Shown in pieces: positions 45,520 through 54,285 of a stretch of 64,000 bases of DNA (its first letter is position 1; each line of letters begins with the position of its first letter). The DNA lies in NCBI GenBank assembly GCA_965649265.1, contig CBFGKC010000006.1, forward strand, positions 1 through 64,000, read 5' to 3'. The notes beneath the pieces were generated by a model. It had not been told where the DNA came from. It searched no databases and saw only the letters and a program-made list of their open reading frames with translations. This DNA comes from a candidate division WOR-3 bacterium (GTDB taxonomy: Bacteria; Hydrothermota; Tepidihabitantia; B3-TA06). Position numbers and translations under genes: made by a program.

Positions 45520-45714
45520 TAATTCCGTTTAGTGACCAAATCACCGAACAAATTATGGAGGGTAAGATTCGTTAGGGTAATCATATCCCTGCCCCAGCGA
45601 GTCCTGTTTCAATCGGGACGCCAGGAGATATTCCCCTCTTAACTTGCGGGGCGCAGCCCGAAGGCCGCTCCGGATAAAATGCATACGAGCTTTGAATCAA
45701 GGAGGCTCTTTAAT

Positions 45715-46236
45715 ATGTTAATGTCTCAACAGGACAGATTGAGGGCCGATCTGGAGTCGCTCGCCTCTCGGTACGGACGCGACCGGACCGCCCTTATCCC
45801 GATTCTACAAAAGGTACAGGAAAAGTATCATTACGTCTCCAATTTCGCCATGCAGAACATTGCCGACATCCTCAACATTCATCCTGTCGAGGTTTACGGC
45901 GTGGTTACGTTCTATGCGTTTCTGAATTCAAAGTATCACGGCAAGTTCGTAATTCGCCTGTGTCGTACTATAAGCTGCGACATGGCCAACACCTCGGGTG
46001 TTGCGCGCCAGCTCGAGAACGATCTCGGGATTAAATTCGGGGAAACCACTCCTGACGAGCTTTTTACCCTCGAATACGCCAACTGTCTTGGGATGTGCGA
46101 TCAGGGACCGGCGCTCTTGGTTAACGATCAGATATTCACGCGTGTTACCCCCGAAATGGCGTTCAAGGTTATCGAATCTTGCCGCCGCGCGATATCCGCT
46201 CACGCTGTTCAAAAGGATCACGGGGAGCTTATATGA
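45715..46236 (+). CDS. hydC: [FeFe]-hydrogenase gamma subunit (NuoE-like, 2Fe-2S)
   Basis: VYGVVTFY, CRTISC, CLGMCDQGP; AAGGAGG RBS. Confidence 0.9.
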   Translation: MLMSQQDRLRADLESLASRYGRDRTALIPILQKVQEKYHYVSNFAMQNIADILNIHPVEVYGVVTFYAFLNSKYHGKFVIRLCRTISCDMANTSGVARQLENDLGIKFGETTPDELFTLEYANCLGMCDQGPALLVNDQIFTRVTPEMAFKVIESCRRAISAHAVQKDHGELI

Positions 46237-47435
46237 ACACTGTACGTAATAACTGTAAGAAACTTACTTTCGGAGAGATTAAAGTCGATTCCGGTCTCAA
46301 GACCACCCTCGCAAAGAATCCCATGGAGGTCATTGACGAGGTGCTCGAGTCCAAGATAAAGGGAAGAGGCGGAGCAGGCTTCCCGACAGGTCTCAAATGG
46401 AAGCTCTGCCGCGAGGCTCCCGGTGATGAGAAGTTCGTGGTTTGCAACGCCGATGAGGGCGAACCCGGGACCTTCAAGGACAGGGTCATTCTCACCGAGC
46501 ATGCCGATCTGGTGTTCGAGGGAATGACCATCGGCGCTTACGCAATCGGCGCCATGACCGGTATCGTATACTTGCGAGGAGAGTTTACCTATCTCCGCAA
46601 ACACCTCGATGAGGTTCTTGAAAAGAGACGCGCCAACAATCTTCTGGGCAAGAACGTGATGGGTAAGAAGGGATTCGACTTCGACATAGAGGTCAGGCTC
46701 GGCGCAGGCGCCTACGTCTGCGGTGAAGAGACCGCTCTCATAGAGTCCCTGGAGGGGCAGAGGGGCGAACCCCGTAACCGTCCTCCTTTCCCGGTAGACA
46801 CCGGATTCATGGACAGGCCGACTTTCGTCAACAACGTCGAGACGTTTGCCTGGGTCAGTTCCATCATGTCCAAGGGTGCAGCGTGGTTCAAGAGCATAGG
46901 CACCGAGCAATCGACTGGCCACAAGCTCTTCAGCGTTTCCGGCGACGTGGACAGGCCCGGAGTTTATGAATACCCTCTTGGCATAACGATCAAACAAATC
47001 CTCGATGAAGCCGGGGCCCGCAACCCCAAGGCCGCGCAGATAGGCGGTGCGTCGGGGCAGTGCATTCCCGCGTCCCAGTTCGACCGTTCCATCTCGTTCG
47101 AGGATGTCTCGACCGGCGGTTCCGTAATCGTCTTCGGCCAGCACCGCGACATGCTGGATGCGGCCCAGAACTTCCTCGAGTTCTTCTGCGAGGAATCCTG
47201 CGGACAGTGCACGCCTTGCAGAATTGGTAACGAAAAACTGCTTGAGACCGTGCACATGCTCAAGGAAGGCCACTGTTCCATGAAATACCTCAGGGAAATT
47301 TCTAAGCTCGGTGAGACCATGAAAATAGCATCTAAATGCGGCCTGGGTCAGTCCAGTCCCAACGCGTTCCTCTCGATCGTGGAACATTTCAAACACGAAA
47401 TCATGGGTCGCATCCCGACGACTGCGAAGGAGTAG
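46233..47435 (+). CDS. hydB: [FeFe]-hydrogenase beta subunit (NuoF-like NADH/FMN-binding), short form
   Basis: GRGGAGFPTG, NADEGEPGTFKDR, GAGAYVCGEETAL, ESCGQCTPCR. Confidence 0.92.
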   Translation: MNTVRNNCKKLTFGEIKVDSGLKTTLAKNPMEVIDEVLESKIKGRGGAGFPTGLKWKLCREAPGDEKFVVCNADEGEPGTFKDRVILTEHADLVFEGMTIGAYAIGAMTGIVYLRGEFTYLRKHLDEVLEKRRANNLLGKNVMGKKGFDFDIEVRLGAGAYVCGEETALIESLEGQRGEPRNRPPFPVDTGFMDRPTFVNNVETFAWVSSIMSKGAAWFKSIGTEQSTGHKLFSVSGDVDRPGVYEYPLGITIKQILDEAGARNPKAAQIGGASGQCIPASQFDRSISFEDVSTGGSVIVFGQHRDMLDAAQNFLEFFCEESCGQCTPCRIGNEKLLETVHMLKEGHCSMKYLREISKLGETMKIASKCGLGQSSPNAFLSIVEHFKHEIMGRIPTTAKE

Positions 47436-47437
47436 AA

Positions 47438-49360
47438 ATGAATAACGACCCTAAAATCAAGGAATCCGCAGGTCGCGCTCCAATTAGTCAAAGCGGACGT
47501 CCGGCCGAAATAAAAGAAGGTGCCCCGCAGATAACGGTGAAGATTGACGGTATAGACGTCACCATTCCCGAAAATACCACCATTCTTGAGGCCGCTCGCA
47601 AGATAGGCGTGCGCATTCCCACCCTGTGTCATCACGACGACTTGTGCGTGGCCGGCGTGTGCCGTATGTGTCTTGTTGAGGTCGAGGGGATGCGTACCCT
47701 TCAGGCGGCATGCGCGTTTCCGATCTCCAGACCCATGACAATCCATACATACTCCCCCAAGGTTCGCCAGGCGCGCAGACACATTCTTGACCTGCTTCTT
47801 TCCGAACACTGCGGCGAGTGCTATACCTGCTTCCGCAACAACAACTGCGAATTGCAGAAGCTGGCAAAGGAATACGGTGTAGATTTCTTCAGATTCGGTC
47901 ATATCACCGAGCCGCAGCACAAGGTTGACCAATCGAGCTACTCGGTCATGCGTGACATGAACAAGTGTATTCTCTGCAGGCGCTGCGTGCGTACGTGTAT
48001 TGACCTTCAGGAAGTGGGCACACTCGAGGTTATCAACCGCGGGAGCCATTCGAAGGTTTCGACATACATGGATAAACCTCTCGGAGAGGTCGTTTGCATC
48101 AACTGCGGTCAGTGCATAAACCGCTGTCCGACTGGAGCGCTTGGCGCGAGTGACCCGACCGACGAAGTCTGGGAAGCTCTAGAGGATCCCACAAAGCATG
48201 TCGTCATCCAAACGGCTCCGGCCCCGCGCGCGGCCATATGCGAGGAATTCGGAGTCGAACCGGGTACGCCTTTAACCTGGCAGATGAATACCGCCATTCG
48301 CCGCTGCGGGTTCAACAAGGTTTTTGACACCAACTTCACCGCCGATCTCACTATCATTGAGGAAGGAACCGAACTCATCACTCGCCTCTACAAAAATCTG
48401 GTCAAGGGCGATAACTCCCTGCCTGTACCCCAGTTCACGAGCTGTTCGCCCGGATGGATTAAGTTCATCGAGCACTTCTATCCCGAATACCTCAAGAATC
48501 TTTCCACATGCAAGAGCCCTCAGCAGATGTTCGGTTCCATCATCAAGACCTACTATGCAAAGCTGAATAACATCGATCCGGCCAACATCGTGGCCGTCGC
48601 GCTCATGCCTTGCTCTGCCAAGAAGTTCGAATGCAACAGGCCCGAGATGAACGACAGCGGATACAAGGATGTCGATTACGGACTTACCACACGCGAACTC
48701 GCCCAGATGTTCAAGGAAGCGGGCATCAATCTGCCCGATATGCCCAAGTCCGATTTCGACGATCCGTTCGGTTCGGCCACAGGCTCGGGTATAATCTTCG
48801 GTGCCACCGGTGGAGTAATGGAAGCGGCGTTGAGAACCGTTCTCGAACTCGTGACAGGCAAAAAGGTCGAAAGCTTCTACGATCATGCCGACATCATCCC
48901 CCTGCGCGGGTTCGATGGCGTGCGCTATGCGGAAATAAAGGTCCCGGACGAGGTAGGCCCGGTTCCCCAGATACTTGCGCACCTTGTACCCGACTGGAAC
49001 TGGCTCAAGGGCGCGACCATCAAGGTCGGCGTCGCTCACGGCACGGCAAATGCCAAGAAGGTTATGGAAGATATCAAGCAAGGTGGCAAGTTCAGCGAAT
49101 GCCACTTCATTGAATTCATGGCTTGTCCGGGCGGTTGTCTTGGCGGCGGCGGGATGCCCATCCCGACAACTCCCGAGATTCGCGCTGCGAGAGCAAGAGC
49201 GATCTATGCAGAAGATAAGGCCTACGACATACGCAAATCCCACGAGAATCCTGCCGTTCTCAAACTCTACTCCGAATTCCTCACTGACGGGCCTTGCGGT
49301 CACATGAGCCACAAGCTTCTTCATACCCATTACACCGCAAGAGGCAAGTATATAGGCTGA
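47438..49360 (+). CDS. hydA: [FeFe]-hydrogenase catalytic subunit (group A)
   Basis: N-terminal Fe-S motifs; H-cluster motifs FTSCSPGW, MPCSAKKFE, EFMACPGGCLGGGG; small-subunit tail LLHTHY. Confidence 0.96.
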   Translation: MNNDPKIKESAGRAPISQSGRPAEIKEGAPQITVKIDGIDVTIPENTTILEAARKIGVRIPTLCHHDDLCVAGVCRMCLVEVEGMRTLQAACAFPISRPMTIHTYSPKVRQARRHILDLLLSEHCGECYTCFRNNNCELQKLAKEYGVDFFRFGHITEPQHKVDQSSYSVMRDMNKCILCRRCVRTCIDLQEVGTLEVINRGSHSKVSTYMDKPLGEVVCINCGQCINRCPTGALGASDPTDEVWEALEDPTKHVVIQTAPAPRAAICEEFGVEPGTPLTWQMNTAIRRCGFNKVFDTNFTADLTIIEEGTELITRLYKNLVKGDNSLPVPQFTSCSPGWIKFIEHFYPEYLKNLSTCKSPQQMFGSIIKTYYAKLNNIDPANIVAVALMPCSAKKFECNRPEMNDSGYKDVDYGLTTRELAQMFKEAGINLPDMPKSDFDDPFGSATGSGIIFGATGGVMEAALRTVLELVTGKKVESFYDHADIIPLRGFDGVRYAEIKVPDEVGPVPQILAHLVPDWNWLKGATIKVGVAHGTANAKKVMEDIKQGGKFSECHFIEFMACPGGCLGGGGMPIPTTPEIRAARARAIYAEDKAYDIRKSHENPAVLKLYSEFLTDGPCGHMSHKLLHTHYTARGKYIG

Positions 49361-49374
49361 TTAAAACCTACCAA

Positions 49375-49400
49375 AGGGGGCCCTGAAACCAGGGCCCCCT
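49375..49400 (+). terminator. Stem-loop between hydA and hydG
   Basis: AGGGGGCCCTG-AAAC-CAGGGCCCCCT. Confidence 0.5.
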
Positions 49401-49431
49401 CTATCCAGATAACCGACATTCAAAAGGAGTA

Positions 49432-50844
49432 ATGATGTTTGCCGCAAGGGACAAGGTGATGATAGATGAGGAGGAAATATACGGAGTCCTGGATAAGAAA
49501 ATCCACTCTGACGAGTCACTGATCAGGGAGATACTCGCAAAGGCAAGCGAACTCAAGGGGCTTGACCCGGAGGATGTAAGCGCTCTTGCCTTGATTCGTG
49601 ATCCGGAACTTATCACGGAACTCTTCGATACGGCAAGATTCGTGAAGGAATCCATCTACGGAAGGCGTCTCGTTATCTTTGCGCCCCTTTACGTGTCCAA
49701 TCTCTGCGCAAACGAGTGCCTCTACTGCGCGTTCAGGGCCAGCAACAAGTCTCTCAAGCGAAGCGTCTTGGATACATCCGAGATCGCGTCGGAAACCAGA
49801 ATCCTGATCGAGCATGGGCACAAACGAATCCTTCTCGTGGCAGGCGAGGCCTACCCGGATGATGGCTTCGATTATATACTCAAAGCAATCGATACGATTT
49901 ATAACACGAAAAGCGGCAACGGCGAGATTCGGAGAGTCAACGTGAATATCGCTCCCCTCGGAACCGAAGAGTTCAAGGAGCTTAAGCGAGCCCAAATAGG
50001 AACTTACCAGCTTTTTCAGGAAACTTACCACCACGAAACGTATAGCAAGGTTCACAAGGGTGGAAGGAAGACCGACTACGACTGGCGAATTTCGGCAATG
50101 GACAGAGCTGTAGAGGCCGGCATTGACGACGTCGGCATAGGCGTTCTTTTTGGCCTTGCCGACTGGCGTTTTGAGATACTTGCCCTGATGCAGCACGTGA
50201 GGCATCTCGAGGAGAGATACGGAATAGGTCCGCATACAATAAGCGTTCCCAGGCTTGAACCCGCCTCAGGATCCTCCATTGCGTCAAATCCGCCGAGTCC
50301 GGTGTCCGATATGGATTTCCGTAAGATAGTAGCCATACTCCGTCTGGCCGTGCCTTACACTGGAATAATAATGTCTACGAGGGAGACACCCGACACCAGA
50401 CGCGAAACCTTCGCCCTTGGCGTCTCCCAGATTTCCGCGGGTTCAAGGACCGACCCCGGGGGGTACTCGCATGAACCCGCCGCTAATCCCCAAATAGATG
50501 CAAGTCAGTTCTCCCTCGGCGACCACAGATCTCTGGACGAGGTAATCAGGGACGTGCTTGAACTCGGATACGTGCCGTCGTTTTGCACCGGCTGCTACAG
50601 GCTGGGAAGAACCGGTCAGGATTTCATGGATCTGGCTAAACCTGGTGAAATAAAACATCACTGCGATCCTAACGCAGCCTCGACCCTTATGGAGTATCTA
50701 ATCGACTACGCGTCAGATGAAACAAGAAAGGTGGGGGAGAGGGTTATCACGGAATTCGTAGACCAAATGGACACCGAGGCAAGAATGAAGGCTCTATCCA
50801 TGATTCGAAAGACCAAAGAGGGTTCAAGAGATGTTTACTGTTAA
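49432..50844 (+). CDS. hydG: [FeFe]-hydrogenase maturase HydG (radical SAM)
   Basis: FAPLYVSNLCANECLYC, FQETYH, C-terminal CTGC-x22-C. Confidence 0.95.
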   Translation: MMFAARDKVMIDEEEIYGVLDKKIHSDESLIREILAKASELKGLDPEDVSALALIRDPELITELFDTARFVKESIYGRRLVIFAPLYVSNLCANECLYCAFRASNKSLKRSVLDTSEIASETRILIEHGHKRILLVAGEAYPDDGFDYILKAIDTIYNTKSGNGEIRRVNVNIAPLGTEEFKELKRAQIGTYQLFQETYHHETYSKVHKGGRKTDYDWRISAMDRAVEAGIDDVGIGVLFGLADWRFEILALMQHVRHLEERYGIGPHTISVPRLEPASGSSIASNPPSPVSDMDFRKIVAILRLAVPYTGIIMSTRETPDTRRETFALGVSQISAGSRTDPGGYSHEPAANPQIDASQFSLGDHRSLDEVIRDVLELGYVPSFCTGCYRLGRTGQDFMDLAKPGEIKHHCDPNAASTLMEYLIDYASDETRKVGERVITEFVDQMDTEARMKALSMIRKTKEGSRDVYC

Positions 50845-50862
50845 TCAAGGTTCAGCTACTCT

Positions 50863-52095
50863 ATGTTGAGTGAGAAGACGCCAAAGGGGTTCAGAATTCA
50901 CATCGGCATCTTTGGCCGCCGCAACACGGGCAAGTCGAGCCTGCTTAATGCCATCACGAGACAGCAGGTCTCGATCGTATCGGCGCAAGCCGGAACCACT
51001 ACCGACCCTGTCGAAAAGCCAATGGAACTCCTTCCCCTTGGTCCCGTGCTTTTCATAGACACCGCCGGTCTCGACGATACGGGGGCGGTCGGCATGCTAA
51101 GGGTTGAAAGGACGAGGCAGGTCTTTGACAGAACCGATCTGGGCGTAATCGTCACCGACGGCCAGTGGGGAGAGTATGAGGAGCGTATTCTCGCCGAGCT
51201 TCAATCGAGAAAAATACCCGTGATTGCGGTATTCAACAAATCCGACATCGTTTCGCCGTCAAATGATTCGTTAAAGCGTATCACCGAAGCCGGCATCCCC
51301 TTCGTCCAGATATCAACCCTGGAAAAGAAGGGAATACTCGAATTCAGGCAGGCGCTTCTGGACAACGCGCCGTCCGACTACATGTCCAATTTTCCGATAC
51401 TATCCGATCTGGTCGGCCCTTCCGAGATGGCGATACTTGTCACCCCTATCGACAAGGAGGCTCCAAAGGGAAGGCTCATTCTTCCGCAGGTTCAGGCAAT
51501 CAGGGACCTTCTCGATAACGACTCATTCTCTATCGTTGTAAGGGAAAACCAGCTGGCGAATGCCCTCGAAAGACTCAAAATTCCGCCTAAACTCGTAGTA
51601 ACCGACTCGCAGGCATTTGCCGAGGTATCCAAAATAGTCCCGAGAGGCATCCCGTTGACCGGTTTCTCAATACTCTTTGCCAGACTCAAGGGCAATCTTG
51701 CGATTCAAACCGAGGGTGCCATGATGGTAGATAACCTCAACCCCGGTGACGAGATTCTTATTGCGGAGGCCTGCTCGCATCATCCCATTGAAGGCGACAT
51801 TGGCCGGGAGAAGATCCCGCGCTGGCTCAACGGGTACGTGGGTGCGTCGCTCAAATACACCACTGTCCAGGGGCACGATTTGCCTGAGGATCTTTCCAGA
51901 TTCAAGCTCGTCATCCACTGCGGCGCATGCATGTGGAACAGGCGCGAGATGCAGTCGAGGATAATGCGCTGCGTAAGTACCGGTGTCCCGATCACCAACT
52001 ACGGTCTCGTCATCGCCAGGAGCCTCGGGATGTTCGAGCGGGCGCTCGAACCGTTTCCTGAGGCGTTACAAGTCTACCGCAGTCTCCAAAAATAA
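50863..52095 (+). CDS. hydF: [FeFe]-hydrogenase maturation GTPase HydF
   Basis: GRRNTGKSS, GTTTDPV, DTAG, APKGRLILPQ, EACSHH, HCGACM. Confidence 0.96.
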   Translation: MLSEKTPKGFRIHIGIFGRRNTGKSSLLNAITRQQVSIVSAQAGTTTDPVEKPMELLPLGPVLFIDTAGLDDTGAVGMLRVERTRQVFDRTDLGVIVTDGQWGEYEERILAELQSRKIPVIAVFNKSDIVSPSNDSLKRITEAGIPFVQISTLEKKGILEFRQALLDNAPSDYMSNFPILSDLVGPSEMAILVTPIDKEAPKGRLILPQVQAIRDLLDNDSFSIVVRENQLANALERLKIPPKLVVTDSQAFAEVSKIVPRGIPLTGFSILFARLKGNLAIQTEGAMMVDNLNPGDEILIAEACSHHPIEGDIGREKIPRWLNGYVGASLKYTTVQGHDLPEDLSRFKLVIHCGACMWNRREMQSRIMRCVSTGVPITNYGLVIARSLGMFERALEPFPEALQVYRSLQK

Positions 52096-53174
52096 TGATC
52101 GACCGGAACATACCCGTCGTCGAAATCGAGAAATGGCTCAGGGAAGAGGACGAAATCAAGCTTGAGGAACTCTGGAAAACCGCTGATGGAATCCGAAAGC
52201 AAGAGGTTAGCGATCAAGTTCATCTGCGCGGGCTTTTGGAGATATCCAATCACTGCATTCGTTCGTGCGCTTATTGCGGACTCAGGAAGGAGAATCAAGA
52301 CCTCGCTCGTTACCGCATGACAGAACAAGAAATAATCGCCGGCGTGCAGGAGATAACGAGACTCGGATACGGCACCATCGTCATGCAGGCAGGAGAGGAT
52401 TGTGGGATCGATGCATTATGGCTTTCGGGAATCGTCCGTCGTATCAAACAAGAGACGCCGCTTGCAGTCGCGCTTTCCCTCGGCGAACGCTCAATCGAAG
52501 AACTCGGCTTGTGGAAACAGGCAGGAGCAGACCGCTATCTTTTGCGTTTTGAAACGTCTGATCCACTGCTTTATCAAAAGATACATCCTGCTCTGTCGGG
52601 CCGACACATAGACAGGTTCTCAATCCTGAAAGTTCTGAGGGAACTAGGTTATGAAACTGGCAGTGGGATAATGATAGGCATACCCGGACAAACATACTCG
52701 TCGGTCGCTGGTGATATCGGCATCTTCAGGCAGCTCGAACTCGACATGATTGGTGTCGGACCTTTCATCTCAAATCCTTCCACACCGCTCGGTTCGTCAG
52801 GCAGCATTCAGCAGTCGTGCAAAAACGACCAGGTTCCATCAACCAATCTTATGACTTATAAGGTGCTTGCCCTTTCAAGAATCGTTTGCCCCCAGGCAAA
52901 CATTCCGGCAACTACCGCTCTCGGAACACTCGATCCCGCAATGGGCCGAAGGCTTGCACTCTCAAGGGGTGCAAATGTGCTGATGCCGAATGTGACACCT
53001 GCCGGGTACCGCGAGAGATACCTCGTCTATCCGGGCAAGCCGGGCAAGCATGAAACATCAATGGTCGACATCCCCGGTTTCCTCTATTCTATCGGCCGCA
53101 GGCCGGGCAAAGGGCCAGGGGGAAGGCTTACCGATGCAGAGGGAAGTGGGCGAGGCTTTTTTCAGGACGAGTGA
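52095..53174 (+). CDS. hydE: [FeFe]-hydrogenase maturase HydE (radical SAM)
   Basis: RGLLEISNHCIRSCAYCG, RYLLRFET, MIGVGPFI, GANVLMPN.TP..YR..Y..YPGK. Confidence 0.93.
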   Translation: MIDRNIPVVEIEKWLREEDEIKLEELWKTADGIRKQEVSDQVHLRGLLEISNHCIRSCAYCGLRKENQDLARYRMTEQEIIAGVQEITRLGYGTIVMQAGEDCGIDALWLSGIVRRIKQETPLAVALSLGERSIEELGLWKQAGADRYLLRFETSDPLLYQKIHPALSGRHIDRFSILKVLRELGYETGSGIMIGIPGQTYSSVAGDIGIFRQLELDMIGVGPFISNPSTPLGSSGSIQQSCKNDQVPSTNLMTYKVLALSRIVCPQANIPATTALGTLDPAMGRRLALSRGANVLMPNVTPAGYRERYLVYPGKPGKHETSMVDIPGFLYSIGRRPGKGPGGRLTDAEGSGRGFFQDE

Positions 53175-53314
53175 AATCTTAATCATATCATCATAGTCGA
53201 GAACCAGAAAAAATCCATATGAATCAGAACCATTCTGGGTTAAGTCTTTTGCGGTCCCTCTCTACAATTCTTGACGGATTTTTTGTGAAAGAATTATTCA
53301 AAACTTGACGGCAG

Positions 53315-53342
53315 TTGACATTTAGTTGTCCTTAGTTAAAAT
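53315..53342 (+). promoter_or_regulatory. tRNA-Arg promoter
   Basis: TTGACA-N16-TAAAAT, 10 nt before the tRNA. Confidence 0.6.
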
Positions 53343-53352
53343 ACCGTAATCT

Positions 53353-53426
53353 GCGCCCGTGGCTCAACTGGATAGAGCATCTGACTACGGATCAGAAGGT
53401 TGGGGGTTCAAGTCCCTCCGGGCGTA
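53353..53426 (+). tRNA. tRNA-Arg(ACG)
   Basis: Acceptor stem GCGCCCG/CGGGCGT, anticodon arm TCTGA-CTACGGA-TCAGA, GGTTCAAGTCC T arm; CCA not encoded. Confidence 0.95.
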
Positions 53427-53431
53427 CTTCA

Positions 53432-53470
53432 CTTAAGTAAAAAGCGGCTTTAAAGCCGCTTTTTACTTAA
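53432..53470. terminator. Bidirectional intrinsic terminator
   Basis: TAAGTAAAAAGCGGCTTT/AAAGCCGCTTTTTACTTA. Confidence 0.8.
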
Positions 53471-53550
53471 AGATTTAGCTTGACATTAATCGAGTTATAA
53501 CTATCCTTAGAGTTAATGCTTAAGGGAATCTTTGTTCGAGGAGGTGTTTT

Positions 53551-54045
53551 GTGACAGACTCGGATGAGCGCTGGATGAGGGAGGCTTTAAGAGAGGCAGA
53601 GGCCGCTTACAGAGAGGGGGAGATTCCAGTAGGAGCCGTGGTCGTCCACGAGAATAAGGTGATAGGCAGGGGGCACAATCAGACCGAGCGCCTGCAGGAT
53701 CCTACCGCGCACGCCGAGATGATCGCGATAACGGCGGCAGCCTCGGCTCTCGGATCGTGGAGGCTTCTTGATACGGTGCTTTATGTAACTGCCGAGCCGT
53801 GTCTTATGTGTGCTGGAGCAGCAGTTCTTGCAAGGATTCCTCGGGTTGTTTACGGTGTGCGCGACCCGAAGTTCGGGGCGGTGAACTCCCTCTTTTCGGT
53901 GGGCAGTGACGAAAGGCTCAATCACAGGTTTGAAGTGAAAGAGGGGGTCTTTGCCGAAGAGGCTAAATCGCTCATGCAGTCTTTTTTTCGTGAAAGACGC
54001 AGGGCGGAGCCAAGTCGTACTTCAGAGATAGGGGAGGAGGTTTGA
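53551..54045 (+). CDS. tadA: tRNA-specific adenosine(34) deaminase
   Basis: [31 protein letters not shown]; own promoter TTGACA-N16-TATCCT at 53480-53507. Confidence 0.95.
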   Translation: MTDSDERWMREALREAEAAYREGEIPVGAVVVHENKVIGRGHNQTERLQDPTAHAEMIAITAAASALGSWRLLDTVLYVTAEPCLMCAGAAVLARIPRVVYGVRDPKFGAVNSLFSVGSDERLNHRFEVKEGVFAEEAKSLMQSFFRERRRAEPSRTSEIGEEV

Positions 54046-54092
54046 TTGGCGAATATTTAAAAAGAGAGGCTCAAGTGGCCTCAAGGTTCAAA

Positions 54093-54177
54093 GGAGAGAT
54101 GGCCGAGTGGACGAAGGCGCACGACTCGAAATCGTGTAGGCCGAAAGGTCTCGGGGGTTCAAATCCCTCTCTCTCCG
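54093..54177 (+). tRNA. tRNA-Ser(CGA)
   Basis: GGAGAGA/TCTCTCC acceptor stem, anticodon arm CACGA-CTCGAAA-TCGTG, long variable arm, GGTTCAAATCC. Confidence 0.93.
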
Positions 54178-54285
54178 TTTATGAAAATGGATTACTGTCG
54201 AACGACGAAATTTAACCCAGGAGGCAATCGAGGTATTCCTTGCTTGTTTTTTTAAAAATCGACAGATAAGGAAGGAGTGAAGAAT

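Noticed and set aside
45529-45548. Rex operator upstream of the hydrogenase (also considered at 53283-53300)
   Set aside because: Only a partial match to TTGTGAA-N4-TTCACAA
45520-45714. Riboswitch in the hydrogenase 5' leader
   Set aside because: Some hairpins are present but no recognisable aptamer consensus
53353-54177. tRNA-anchored genomic island
   Set aside because: No integrase and no duplicated tRNA 3' end seen in the window
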